A stretch of 64,000 nucleotides of DNA, from NCBI RefSeq assembly GCF_009914755.1, contig NC_060939.1; one strand, written 5' to 3'. The DNA comes from the human T2T-CHM13v2.0 reference genome, Homo sapiens. Shown in pieces: positions 31,454 through 45,800 of the stretch. The translations under genes were made by a program, and so were the position numbers. The notes under the pieces were generated by a model. The model did not search any database, was not told the origin of the DNA, and saw only the letters and a program-made list of their open reading frames with translations. Positions within the stretch are counted from its first letter, which is position 1; each line of letters begins with the position of its first letter.

Positions 31454-34400
31454 CATTCCATTCCATTCCACTCCATTCCATTCCATTCCATTCCATTCCA
31501 CTCGAGTTGATTCTATTCCATTCTATGGCATTCCATTCCATTCCATTCAGTTCCTTTCCATTCCACTCTAGTTGAATCCATTTCATTCTATTGCATTCCA
31601 TTCCATTCCATTCCATTTCATTCCATTCCACTCGAGTAGATTCCATTCCATTCCAATCCATTCCTCTCTAATTGATTTCATTCCATTCTATTGCATTCCA
31701 TTCCATTCCATTCCATTCCATTCGAGTTGATTCCATTCCATTCCATTCCACTCGAGTTTATTCCTTTCCATTCTATTGCATTCGAGGCCACTTCATTCCA
31801 TTCCATTCCATTCCATTCTATTGCATTCCATTCCATTCCATTCCATTCCATTCCATTCCATTCCATTCCATTCCACTCGAGTTGATTCTATTCCATTCAG
31901 TTCCTTTCCATTCCACTCTAGTTGAATCCATTCCATTCTATTGCATTCCATTCCATTCCATTCCATTCCATTCCATTCCATTCCATTCCACTCGAGTAGA
32001 TTCCATTCCCTTCCATTGCATTCCATTCCATTCCATTAAATTCCATACATCTCAAGTTGATTCCATTACATTATATTGCATTATATTCCATTCCATTCCA
32101 TTCCATTCCATTCCATTCAACTCCATTCCAACCGATTTGTGTCCATTCCACTACATTGCATTCGAGGCCACTTCTTTCCATTCCATTCCATTCCATTCAA
32201 ATTTTTTCATGTCCATTCAATTCAAATGCATTTCATTCCATTCCATTCCATTGCATTCCAATCCATTCCATTCCACTCAAGTTGATTCCATTCCATTCCA
32301 TACCAGTCGAGCTGATTCCTTTCCATTCTATTTCATTCGAGGCCCCTTCATTCCATTCCATTCCTTTCTGTTCTATTGCATTCCATTTCACTGCATTGCA
32401 ATCCATTCCAATCCATTCCATTCCATTCCATTCCATTGCATTCCATTGCATTCCAGTCGAGTTGATTCCATTCTATTCCACTCCCTTCCAATGCATTCCA
32501 TTCCATTCCATTCCATTCCACTCGAGTTGATACCTTTCCATTCTATTGCATTCCATTCCATTCCATTCCATTTCACTTCATTCCACTCGACATTGCAATC
32601 TATTGCATTCGAGACCAATTCATTCCATTCCATTCTCTTCGGGTCCATTCAATTCAAATTCAGACCATTAACTTCCATTCCATTCCATTCCATTCCATTC
32701 AACTCGAGTTGATTCTTTTCCATTCTATTCCATTCCATTCCATTCCTTTGCATTCCATTCCATTCAATTCCATTCCATTCCATTCCACTCGAGTTGATAC
32801 CTTTCCATTCTATTGCATTCCATTCCATTCCATTCCATTCCATTACACTCAAGTTGATTCCATTCCATTCGATACCAGTCGAGCTTATTCCTTTCCATTC
32901 TATTGCATTCGAGGCCCCTTCATTCCATTCCATTCCTTTCTGTTCTATTGCGTTCCATTTCACTGCATTGCAATCCGTTCCATTCCATTCCATTCCATTG
33001 CATTGCATTCCATTGCATTCAAGTCGAGTTGATTCCATTCTATTCCACTCCCTTCCAATGCATTCCATTCCATTCCATTCCATTCCATTCCACTCGAGTT
33101 GATACCTTTCCTTTCTGTTGCATTCCATTCCATTCCATTCCACTCAAGTTGATTTCATTCCACTCCATACCAGTCGAGCTTATTCCTTTCCATTCTATTG
33201 CATTCGAGGCCCCTTCATTCCATTCCATTCCTTTCTGTTCTACCGCATTCCATTTCGCTGCATTGCAATCCATTCCATTCCATTCCATTGCATTCCATTG
33301 CATTCCAGTCGAGTTGATTCCATTCTATTCCACTCCCTTCCAATGCATTCCATTCTATTCCACTCCCTTCCAATGCATTCCATTCCATTCCATTCCATTC
33401 CACTCGAGTTGATACCTTTCCATTCTATTGCATTCCATTCCATTCCATTCCATTTCACTTCATTCCACTCGAGATGATTACATTGCAATCTATTGCATTC
33501 GAGACCAATTCATTCCATTCCATTCCCTTCCATTCTTTTCAGGTCCATTCAATTCAAATTCAGACCATTAACTTCCATTCGATTCCATTCCATTCAACTC
33601 GAGTTGAGTCTTTTCCATTCTATTGCATTCCATTCCATTCCATTCCATTCCTTTGCATTCCATTCCATTCCATTCCATTCCATTCCATTCCATTCCACTC
33701 GAGTTGATTCCATTCCATTCTATTGCATTCCATTCCATTCCATTGCATTCCATTCCATTCCATTTCATTCCTTTCCTCTAGAGATGATTCCATTCCATTC
33801 TATTGCTTTCCAAGCCACTTATTTCCATTCCATTCCATTCCAATCTCTTCGGGTCCATTCAATTAAAATGCATTCCATTCCATTCCATTCCATTCCATTC
33901 CATTCGAGTTGATTCCATTTCATTCTAATGCATTCCATTCCATTCCATTCCATTCCATTCCAATACATTCCATTCCATTCCACTCGAGTTGATTCCATTC
34001 CATTCTATTGCATTCCATTCCATTCCATTGCATTCCATTCCACTCGAGTTGATACCTTTCCATTCTATTCCATTCCATTCCATTCCATTCCATTCCATTC
34101 CATTCCATTCCACTAGAGATGATTCCATTCCATTCTATTTATTTCGAAGCCACTTCATGCCATTCCATTCCATCTAATCTCTTCAGGTCCATTCCATTCA
34201 AATGCATTCCATTCCATCCGATTCCATTCTATTCCATTCCATTCCATTCCATTCCAATCGAGTTGATTCCATTCCATTCCATTGCATTCCATTCCATTCC
34301 ATTCCACTTGATTTGATTCCATTCCATTCTGTTGCATTCCATTCCATTTCATTCTATTCCATTCCATTCAACACGAGTTGATTCCAATCCATTCTATTGC

Positions 34401-37400
34401 ATTTGAAGCCACTTCTTTCCATTCCATTCCATTGCATTCCATTCCAATACATTTCACTTGAGTTGATTCCATTCCATTCTATTGCATTCCATTCCATTCC
34501 ATTCCATTCCATTCCATTCCATTCCATTCCATTCCATTCCATTCCTTTACACTCCATTTGATTCTATTCCATTCTGTTGCATTCCATTCCATTTCATTCT
34601 ATTCTACTCCATTTAACCCGAGTTGATTCCCATCCATTCTATTGCATTCCAGGCCACTTCTTTCCGTGCCATTCCATTCCGTTCCATTCCATTCCATTCC
34701 ATTCCATTCCGTTATTTTCAGGTCCATTCAATTCGAATGCATTCCATTCCATTCCATTCCGTTACATTCCTTTCCATTCCACTCGAGTGTATTCCGTTCC
34801 ATTCTATTGCATTCTATTCCATTCCATTCCATTCCACTTGAGTTGATTCCATTCCATTCCATTCCATTTCATTCCGTTCAACCCGAGTTGATTACATTCC
34901 ATGCTATTGCATTCCATTCCACTCCATTCCATTCCATTCCACTCGAGTTGATTCCTTTCCATTTCACTCCATTCCATTCCATTCCACTCGAGTTGATTCC
35001 TTTCCATTCTATTGCATTCGAGGCCACTTCGTTCCATTCCATTCCATTCCTTTCTATTGCATTCCCTTCCATTCAATTCCATTCCATTCCATTGCATTCG
35101 AGTTGATTCTATTCCATTCCATTCCATTCCATTGCTATCCTTCCATTCCACTCGGGTTGAATCCATTCCATTCTATTGCATTCCCTTCCATTCCACTCCA
35201 TTCCATTACAATCCACTCGAGTTTATTCCATTCCATTCTATTGCATTCCATTCCATTCCATTCTATGCCTCTCGTATTGTTTCCATTCCATTCTATTCAA
35301 TTTCATTCCATTCCATTCCATTATATTCCATTCCATTCCATTCCATTATATTCCATTCCATTCCATTCCACTCAAGTTGATTCCATTCCATTCTATTGCA
35401 TTCCATTCCATTCCATTCCATTCCATTCCACTGGAGTTTTTTATTCCATTCCATTCCATTCCATTCGATTTGATTCCATTCCATTCTATTGAATTATATT
35501 CCATTCCATTCCATTCCATTCTGTTCCATTCCATTCCACTCGAGTTGATGGCATTCCATTCCATTCCATTCCATTTCATTCCATTCAATCCGAGTTGATT
35601 ACATTCCATTCTATTCCATTTGAGGTCACTTCATTCCATTCCATTCCATTCCATTCCATTCCATTCCATTCCATTCCATTCCAATCCTTTCTGGTCAATT
35701 CAATTCAAATGCGTTCCATTCCATTCTATTCCACTCTAATTGATTTCATTCCATTCAATTGCATTCCATTCCATTCCATTCCATTCCATTCCTTTCCATT
35801 CCATTCAATTCCATTCCACCCGAGTTGATTCCATTCCATTCTATTGCATTCCATTCCATTCCATTCCATTCCGCTCGATTTGATTCCATTCTATTCTGTA
35901 ACATTCCATTCCATTTCATTCTATTCCACTCCATTCAACCCGAGTTGATTCCAATCGATTCTATTGCATTCAATGCCACTTCTTTCCATTCCATCCAATT
36001 CCATTCCATTCCATTCCATTCCATTCCATTCCATTCCATTCCATTCCATTCCATTCCATTCCATTATTTTCGGGTCCATTCAATTCAAATGCATTCCATT
36101 CCATTCCATTCCGTTCCATTCGGTTCCATTCCATTCCGTTCCATTCCATTCCATTGCATTGCATTGCATTCCATTCCATTCCACACGAGTTTATTCCATT
36201 CCATTCTATTGCATTCTGTTCCATTCCATTCCACTCCACTCTTGTTGATTTCATTCCATTCCATTCCATTTCATTCCATTCAACGCTAGTTGATTCCATT
36301 CCATTCTATTGCATTCGAGGCCACTTGATTCCATTCCATTCCATTCCATTGCATTCCATTCCACTGCATTCTTTTCTGCTCAATTCAATTCGAATGCTTT
36401 CCATTCCATTCCATTCCACTCGAGTTGATTCCATTCCATGCTATTGCATTCCATTCCATTCCATTCCATTCCATTCCATTCCATTCCATTCCATTCCATT
36501 CCACTAGAGATGATTCCATTCCATTCTATTTATTTCGAAGCCACTTCATGCCATTCCATTCCATCTAATCTTTTCAGGTCCATTCCATTCAAATGCATTC
36601 CATTCCATTCGATTCCATTCTATTCCATTCCATTCCATTCCATTCCATTCCATTCCATTCCATTCCAATCGAGTTGATTCCATTCCATTCCATTGCATTC
36701 CATTCCATTCCATTCCACTTGATTTGATTCCATTCCATTCTGTTGCATTCCATTCCATTTCATTCTATTCCATTCCATTCAACACGAGTTGATTCCAATC
36801 CATTCTATTGCATTTGAAGCCACTTCTTTCCATTCCATTCCATTCCATTGCATTCCATTCCAATACATTTCACTTGAGTTGATTCCATTCCATTCTATTG
36901 CATTCCATTCCATTCCATTCCATTCCATTCCATTCCTTTCCACTCCATTTGATTCTATTCCATTCTGTTGCATTCCATTCCATTTCATTCTATTCCACTC
37001 CATTTAACCCGAGTTGATTCCCATCCATTCTATTGCATTCCAGGCCACTTCTTTCCGTGCCATTCCATTCCATTCCATTCCATTCCATTCCATTCCGTTA
37101 TTTTCAGGTCCATTCAATTCGAATGCATTCCATTCCATTCCATTCCGTTACATTCCTTTCCATTCCACTCGAGTGTATTCCGTTCCATTCTATTGCATTC
37201 TATTCCATTCCATTCCATTCCACTCGAGTTGATTCCATTCCATTCCATTTCATTCCGTTCAACCCGAGTTGATTACATTCCATGCTATTGCATTCCATTC
37301 CACTCCATTCCATTCCATTCCACTCGAGTTGATTCCTTTCCATTTCACTCCATTCCATTCCATTCCACTCGAGTTGATTCCTTTCCATTCTATTGCATTC

Positions 37401-40400
37401 GAGGCCACTTCGTTCCATTCCATTCCATTCCTTTCTATTGCATTCCCTTCCATTCAATTCCATTCCATTCCATTGCATTCGAGTTGATTCTATTCCATTC
37501 TATTGCATTCCATTCCATTCCATTCCATTCCATTGCTATCCTTCCATTCCACTCGGGTTGAATCCATTCCATTCTATTGCATTCCCTTCCATTCCACTCC
37601 ATTCCATTACAATCCACTCGAGTTTATTCCATTCCATTCTATTGCATTCCATTCCATTCCATTCTATGCCTCTCGTATTGTTTCCATTCCATTCTATTCA
37701 ATTTCATTTCATTCCATTCCATTCCATTCCATTATATTCCATTCCATTCCATTCCACTCAAGTTGATTCCATTCCATTCTATTGCATTCCATTCCATTCC
37801 ATTCCATTCCACTGGAGTTTTTTATTCCATTCCATTCGATTTGATTCCATTCCATTCTATTGAATTCTATTCCATTCCATTCCATTCCATTCTGTTCCAT
37901 TCCATTCCACTCGAGTTGATGGCATTCCATTCCATTCCATTCCATTTCATTCCATTCAATCCGAGTTGATTACATTCCATTCTATTCCATTCGAGGTCAC
38001 TTCATTCCATTCCATTCCATTCCATTCCATTCCATTCCATTCCATTCCATTCCATTCCTTTCTGGTCAATTCAATTCAAATGCTTTCCATTCCATTCTAT
38101 TCCACTCTAATTGATTTCATTCCATTCAATTGCATTCCATTCCATTCCATTCCATTCCATTCCTTTCCATTCCATTCAATTCCATTCCACCCGAGTTGAT
38201 TCCATTCCATTCTATTGCATTCCATTCCATTCCATTCCATTCCATTCCGCTCGATTTGATTCCATTCTATTCTGTAACATTCCATTCCATTTCATTCTAT
38301 TCCACTCCATTCAACCCGAGTTGATTCCAATCGATTCTATTGCATTCAATGCCACTTCTTTCCATTCCATCCAATTCCATTCCATTCCATTCCATTCCAT
38401 TCCATTCCATTCCATTCCATTCCATTCCATTCCATTATTTTCGGGTCCATTCAATTCAAATGCATTCCATTCCATTCCATTCCGTTCCATTCGGTTCCAT
38501 TCCATTCCGTTCCATTCCATTCCATTGCATTGCATTGCATTCCATTCCATTCCACACGAGTTTATTCCATTCCATTCTGTTCCATTCCATTCCACTCCAC
38601 TCTTGTTGATTTCATTCCATTCCATTCCATTTCATTCCATTCAACGCTAGTTGATTCCATTCCATTCTATTGCATTCGAGGCCACTTGATTCCATTCCAT
38701 TCCATTCCATTGCATTCCATTCCACTGCATTCTTTTCTGCTCAATTCAATTCGAATGCTTTCCATTCCATTCCATTCCACTCGAGTTGATTCCATTCCAT
38801 GCTATTGCATTCCATTCCATTCCATTCCATTCCATTCCAGTCCATTCCTTTCTCTCCACTCGAGTTGATACCTCTGAATTCTACTGCATTCCATTCCATT
38901 CCATTCCGTTCATTGCAGTTGATTCCATTCCATTCCATTCCATGCCATTCCATTCCATTCCATTCAAGTTGATTCCATTCCATTCCATTCTATTGCATTC
39001 CATTCCATTCCTTTCCATTCCATTCCACTCGAGTTGATTCCATTCCATTCTATAGCATTGCATTCCGTTCCATTCCATTCCATTCCATACCAATCCATTC
39101 CGTTCCATACCACTCGGGTTCATTCCATTCCATTCCATTGCATTCCATTCCATTCCTTTCCATTCCATTCCACTCGAGTTGATTCCATTCCATTCTATAG
39201 CATTCCATTCCATTCCATTCCATTCCATTCCATTCCATTGCATTCCATTCCACTCGTGTGGATTACAATCCATTCTATTGTATTCAAGGCCAATTCATTC
39301 CATTCCATTCCATTCCATTCCATTCCATTATTTATGGATCCTTTCAATATACATGCATTCTATTCCATTCCATTCCATTGCATTCCATTCCTTTCCACTC
39401 GAGTTGATTCCATTCCTATCTATTGCATTCAATTCCAGTCCATTGCATTGCATTGCATTCCAGTCCATTCCATTGCATTCCATTCCATTCCATTCCATTC
39501 CAATCCATTCCTTTCCATTCCATTCCATTTCATTCCATTCCATTCCATTCCACTCGAGTTTGTTCCATTCCATTCTATTCCATTCCATTCCATTCCATTC
39601 CACTCGATTTGATTCCATTCAATTCTATTGAATTCGAGGCCACTTCATGCCATTCCATTCCATTCTATTGCATTCCATTCCATTCCATTCCATTACTTTC
39701 CATTGTATTCCACTCGAGTTGATTCTATTCCATTCTATTGCATTGAAGGCCACTTCATTCCACTCCATTCCATTCCATTCCTTTCCATTCCATTCCATTC
39801 CATCCAATTCCATTCCATTCCATCCCAATCCATTCCATCCCATTCCATTCCATTCCATTCCAATCGAGTTGTTTACATTCTATTCAATTGCAATCCATTC
39901 CATTCAATTCCACTCCATTCCATTAATTACATTATATTAGATTCCATTCCATTCGATTCCACTCGAGTTGATTCCATTCCATTCTATTGCTTTCCATTCC
40001 ATTCCATTCCATTCCATTCAACTCCTGTTGATTCCATTCCATTCTATTGCATTCCATTAATTTCCATTCCATTCCATTCCATTCCACTCTATTGCATTCC
40101 ATTACATTCCATTCCATTCTATTGCATTCCATTCCATTCCATTCCATTCCATTCCACTCCGGTTGATTCCATTCCATTCCATTCCATTGCTTTCCACTCG
40201 AGTTGATTCCATTCCTTTCTATTGCATTCAATTCCAGTCCATTCCATTGCATTCAATTCCAGTCCATTCCATTGCATTCCATTCCATTCCATTCCATTCC
40301 ATTCCATTCCTTTCCATTCCATTGCATGTCATTCCATTCCATTCCATTCCACTCGAGTTGGTTCCATTCCATTCTATTCCATTCCAATCCATTCCATTCC

Positions 40401-42802
40401 ATTCCACTCGTTTTGATTCCATTCAATTCTATTGAATTCGAGGCCAGTTTATGTCATTCCATTCCGTTCCATTCTATTTCATTCCGTTCCATTCCATTCC
40501 ATTACTTTCCGTTGTATTCCACTCGAGTTGATTCCATTCCATTCTATTGCATTCAAGGCCACTTCATTCCATTCCATTCCATTCCATTCCATTCCAATCG
40601 AGTTGATTACATTCCATTCAATTGCATTCCAGTCCATTCCATTCCACTCCATTCCATTAATTACATTATATTACATTCCATTCAATTCGATTCCACCAGA
40701 GTTGATTCCATTCCATTCTCTTGCACTCAATTCTATTCCTTTACATTACATTTCATTCCATTTCTCTCGAGTTTATTCCATTCCATTCTATTACATTCAA
40801 TTCCATTCCAAAACATTCCATTCCATTCCACTCCATTCCATTCCACTCGAGTGGATTCCATTCCATTCCATTCCATTCCATTCCATTCCATTCCCTTCCA
40901 TTCCATTCCATTCCATTCCTTTCCACTCGAGTTGTTTCCATTCCATTCTATTGCATTCGAGGCCACTTCATACCATTCCATTCCTTTCCATTCCATTCTT
41001 TTCAAGTCCATTCAATGCAAATACATTCGATTCCCTTCCATTCTATTCCATTCCATTCCATTCCTTCCAATTCGACTCGAGTTTATTCCATTCTATTCCA
41101 TTGTATTGCATTCCATTTTATTCCATTCCATTATATTCCATTCCACTCGAGTTGATTCCATTCCACTCTATTGCATTCCATTCCATTCCATTCGAGTTGA
41201 TTCCATTCCATTCTCTTGCATTCCATTCCATTCCATTCCATTCCATTCCATTCCATTCCATTTCATTCGAGTTGATTACAGTCCATTCTGTTGCATTCCA
41301 TTCCATTCCATTCCACTCTAGTTGATTCCATTCCATTCTACTGTATTCAAGGACACTTCATTCCATTCCATTCTTTCCCATTCCATACTTTTTGGATACA
41401 TTCAATTCAAATGCCTTCCATTCGATTCCATTCCATTCTATTCCATTCCACTCGAGTTGATTCCATTCCATTCTATTCCATTCCATTCCAGTCCACTCCA
41501 TTCCATTGCATTCCACTCGAGTTGATTCCATTCCATTCTATTGCATTCGAGGCCACTTCATTCCATTCCATTGCCTTCCATTCTATTGTGTTCCTTTCCA
41601 TTCCATTCACTTCCATTCCATTCCACTTGAGTTTTTCCATTCCATTATGTTGCATTCAAGGCAACTTCATTCCATTCCATTCCATTCCCTTCTTTTCGGA
41701 TAAATTCATTTTAAATTCATTCCATTCCATTCCATTCCATTCCATTCCATTCCATTCCATTCCACTCGAGTTTATTCCATTCCATTCCTTTCCACTCGAG
41801 TTTATTAAATTCCATTCTATTGCGTTCCATTACATTTCATTCCTTTGCATTCCTTTCCATTCCATTCCATTGCATTGCATTCCATTCCATTCCATCCCAT
41901 TCCATTCCATTCCATTCCACTCGTGTTGATTCCATTCCATTCTATTGCATTGCATTAAATTCCATTCCCTTCCATTCCATTCCATTCCATCCCATTCCAT
42001 TCCATTCCACTCGAATTGATTCCATTCCATTCTATTGCATTTGAGGCCACTTCATTCCATTCCTTTCCATTCCATTCCATTCCATTCTTTTCAGGTCCAT
42101 TCAAATTAAATGCATTCCATTCCACTCAAGTTGATTCCATTCCATTCTGTTGCATTCCATTGCATACCTTTCCATTCCATTCCATTCCACTCTAGTTGAT
42201 GCCATTCCATTCTATTGCATTCCATTCAATTCCTTTCAATTCCATTCCACTCCATTCCACTCGAGTTTAATCCATTCCATTCTATTGCATTCCATTAAAT
42301 TCCATTCCATTCCATTCCACTCGAGTTAATTCCATTCCATTCTATTGCATTCCATTCCATTCCATTGCATTCCATTTCATTCCATTGCATTCCAATCCAT
42401 TCCCTTCCATTACATTCTATTCCCTTCCATTCGTGTTGATTCCATTCCATTGTATCGCATTCCATTCCATTCCATTCCATTGCATTCCATTCTATTGCAT
42501 TCCATTCTATTCCATTCCATTACATTACATTACATTCTACTGCATTCCATTCCATTCCATTCCGTTGTATTCCATTCCATTCCATTCCGTTACATTCCAT
42601 TCCATTCCACTCGGGTTGATTCTATTGCATTCGAGGCCACTTCATTCCATTCCATTCTATAGCATTCCATTCCATTCCATTCCATTCCAAGCCATTCCAT
42701 TCCATTCCAATCCATTCCATTCCATTGCATTCCATTCTATTCTGTTCTATTCCACTCGAATTGATTCCATTCTGTTCTATTGCATTCCTTTCCTTTCCAT
42801 TC
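31454..42802 (+). repeat. 11.35-kb HSat3 tandem duplication, copy 1
   Basis: Dozens of identical ORF-track translations at offsets of 11349 (31672/43021) to 11354 (42345/53699). Confidence 0.95.
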
Positions 42803-45800
42803 CATTCCATTCCATTCCACTCCATTCCATTCCATTCCATTCCATTCCACTCGAGTTGATTCTATTCCATTCTATGGCATTCCATTCCATTCCATTCAGT
42901 TCCTTTCCATTCCACTCTAGTTGAATCCATTTCATTCTATTGCATTCCATTCCATTCCATTCCATTTCATTCCATTCCACTCGAGTAGATTCCATTCCAT
43001 TCCAATCCATTCCTCTCTAATTGATTTCATTCCATTCTATTGCATTCCATTCCATTCCATTCCATTCCATTCGAGTTGATTCCATTCCATTCCATTCCAC
43101 TCGAGTTTATTCCTTTCCATTCTATTGCATTCGAGGCCACTTCATTCCATTCCATTCCATTCCATTCTATTGCATTCCATTCCATTCCATTCCATTCCAT
43201 TCCATTCCATTCCATTCCATTCCACTCGAGTTGATTCTATTCCATTCAGTTCCTTTCCATTCCACTCTAGTTGAATCCATTCCATTCTATTGCATTCCAT
43301 TCCATTCCATTCCATTCCATTCCATTCCATTCCATTCCACTCGAGTAGATTCCATTCCCTTCCATTGCATTCCATTCCATTCCATTAAATTCCATACATC
43401 TCAAGTTGATTCCATTACATTATATTGCATTATATTCCATTCCATTCCATTCCATTCCATTCCATTCAACTCCATTCCAACCGATTTGTGTCCATTCCAC
43501 TACATTGCATTCGAGGCCACTTCTTTCCATTCCATTCCATTCCATTCAAATTTTTTCATGTCCATTCAATTCAAATGCATTTCATTCCATTCCATTCCAT
43601 TGCATTCCAATCCATTCCATTCCACTCAAGTTGATTCCATTCCATTCCATACCAGTCGAGCTGATTCCTTTCCATTCTATTTCATTCGAGGCCCCTTCAT
43701 TCCATTCCATTCCTTTCTGTTCTATTGCATTCCATTTCACTGCATTGCAATCCATTCCAATCCATTCCATTCCATTCCATTCCATTGCATTCCATTGCAT
43801 TCCAGTCGAGTTGATTCCATTCTATTCCACTCCCTTCCAATGCATTCCATTCCATTCCATTCCATTCCACTCGAGTTGATACCTTTCCATTCTATTGCAT
43901 TCCATTCCATTCCATTCCATTTCACTTCATTCCACTCGACATTGCAATCTATTGCATTCGAGACCAATTCATTCCATTCCATTCTCTTCGGGTCCATTCA
44001 ATTCAAATTCAGACCATTAACTTCCATTCCATTCCATTCCATTCCATTCAACTCGAGTTGATTCTTTTCCATTCTATTCCATTCCATTCCATTCCTTTGC
44101 ATTCCATTCCATTCAATTCCATTCCATTCCATTCCACTCGAGTTGATACCTTTCCATTCTATTGCATTCCATTCCATTCCATTCCATTCCATTACACTCA
44201 AGTTGATTCCATTCCATTCGATACCAGTCGAGCTTATTCCTTTCCATTCTATTGCATTCGAGGCCCCTTCATTCCATTCCATTCCTTTCTGTTCTATTGC
44301 GTTCCATTTCACTGCATTGCAATCCGTTCCATTCCATTCCATTCCATTGCATTGCATTCCATTGCATTCAAGTCGAGTTGATTCCATTCTATTCCACTCC
44401 CTTCCAATGCATTCCATTCCATTCCATTCCATTCCATTCCACTCGAGTTGATACCTTTCCTTTCTGTTGCATTCCATTCCATTCCATTCCACTCAAGTTG
44501 ATTTCATTCCACTCCATACCAGTCGAGCTTATTCCTTTCCATTCTATTGCATTCGAGGCCCCTTCATTCCATTCCATTCCTTTCTGTTCTACCGCATTCC
44601 ATTTCGCTGCATTGCAATCCATTCCATTCCATTCCATTGCATTCCATTGCATTCCAGTCGAGTTGATTCCATTCTATTCCACTCCCTTCCAATGCATTCC
44701 ATTCTATTCCACTCCCTTCCAATGCATTCCATTCCATTCCATTCCATTCCACTCGAGTTGATACCTTTCCATTCTATTGCATTCCATTCCATTCCATTCC
44801 ATTTCACTTCATTCCACTCGAGATGATTACATTGCAATCTATTGCATTCGAGACCAATTCATTCCATTCCATTCCCTTCCATTCTTTTCAGGTCCATTCA
44901 ATTCAAATTCAGACCATTAACTTCCATTCGATTCCATTCCATTCAACTCGAGTTGAGTCTTTTCCATTCTATTGCATTCCATTCCATTCCATTCCATTCC
45001 TTTGCATTCCATTCCATTCCATTCCATTCCATTCCATTCCATTCCACTCGAGTTGATTCCATTCCATTCTATTGCATTCCATTCCATTCCATTGCATTCC
45101 ATTCCATTCCATTTCATTCCTTTCCTCTAGAGATGATTCCATTCCATTCTATTGCTTTCCAAGCCACTTATTTCCATTCCATTCCATTCCAATCTCTTCG
45201 GGTCCATTCAATTAAAATGCATTCCATTCCATTCCATTCCATTCCATTCCATTCGAGTTGATTCCATTTCATTCTAATGCATTCCATTCCATTCCATTCC
45301 ATTCCATTCCAATACATTCCATTCCATTCCACTCGAGTTGATTCCATTCCATTCTATTGCATTCCATTCCATTCCATTGCATTCCATTCCACTCGAGTTG
45401 ATACCTTTCCATTCTATTCCATTCCATTCCATTCCATTCCATTCCATTCCATTCCATTCCACTAGAGATGATTCCATTCCATTCTATTTATTTCGAAGCC
45501 ACTTCATGCCATTCCATTCCATCTAATCTCTTCAGGTCCATTCCATTCAAATGCATTCCATTCCATCCGATTCCATTCTATTCCATTCCATTCCATTCCA
45601 TTCCAATCGAGTTGATTCCATTCCATTCCATTGCATTCCATTCCATTCCATTCCACTTGATTTGATTCCATTCCATTCTGTTGCATTCCATTCCATTTCA
45701 TTCTATTCCATTCCATTCAACACGAGTTGATTCCAATCCATTCTATTGCATTTGAAGCCACTTCTTTCCATTCCATTCCATTGCATTCCATTCCAATACA

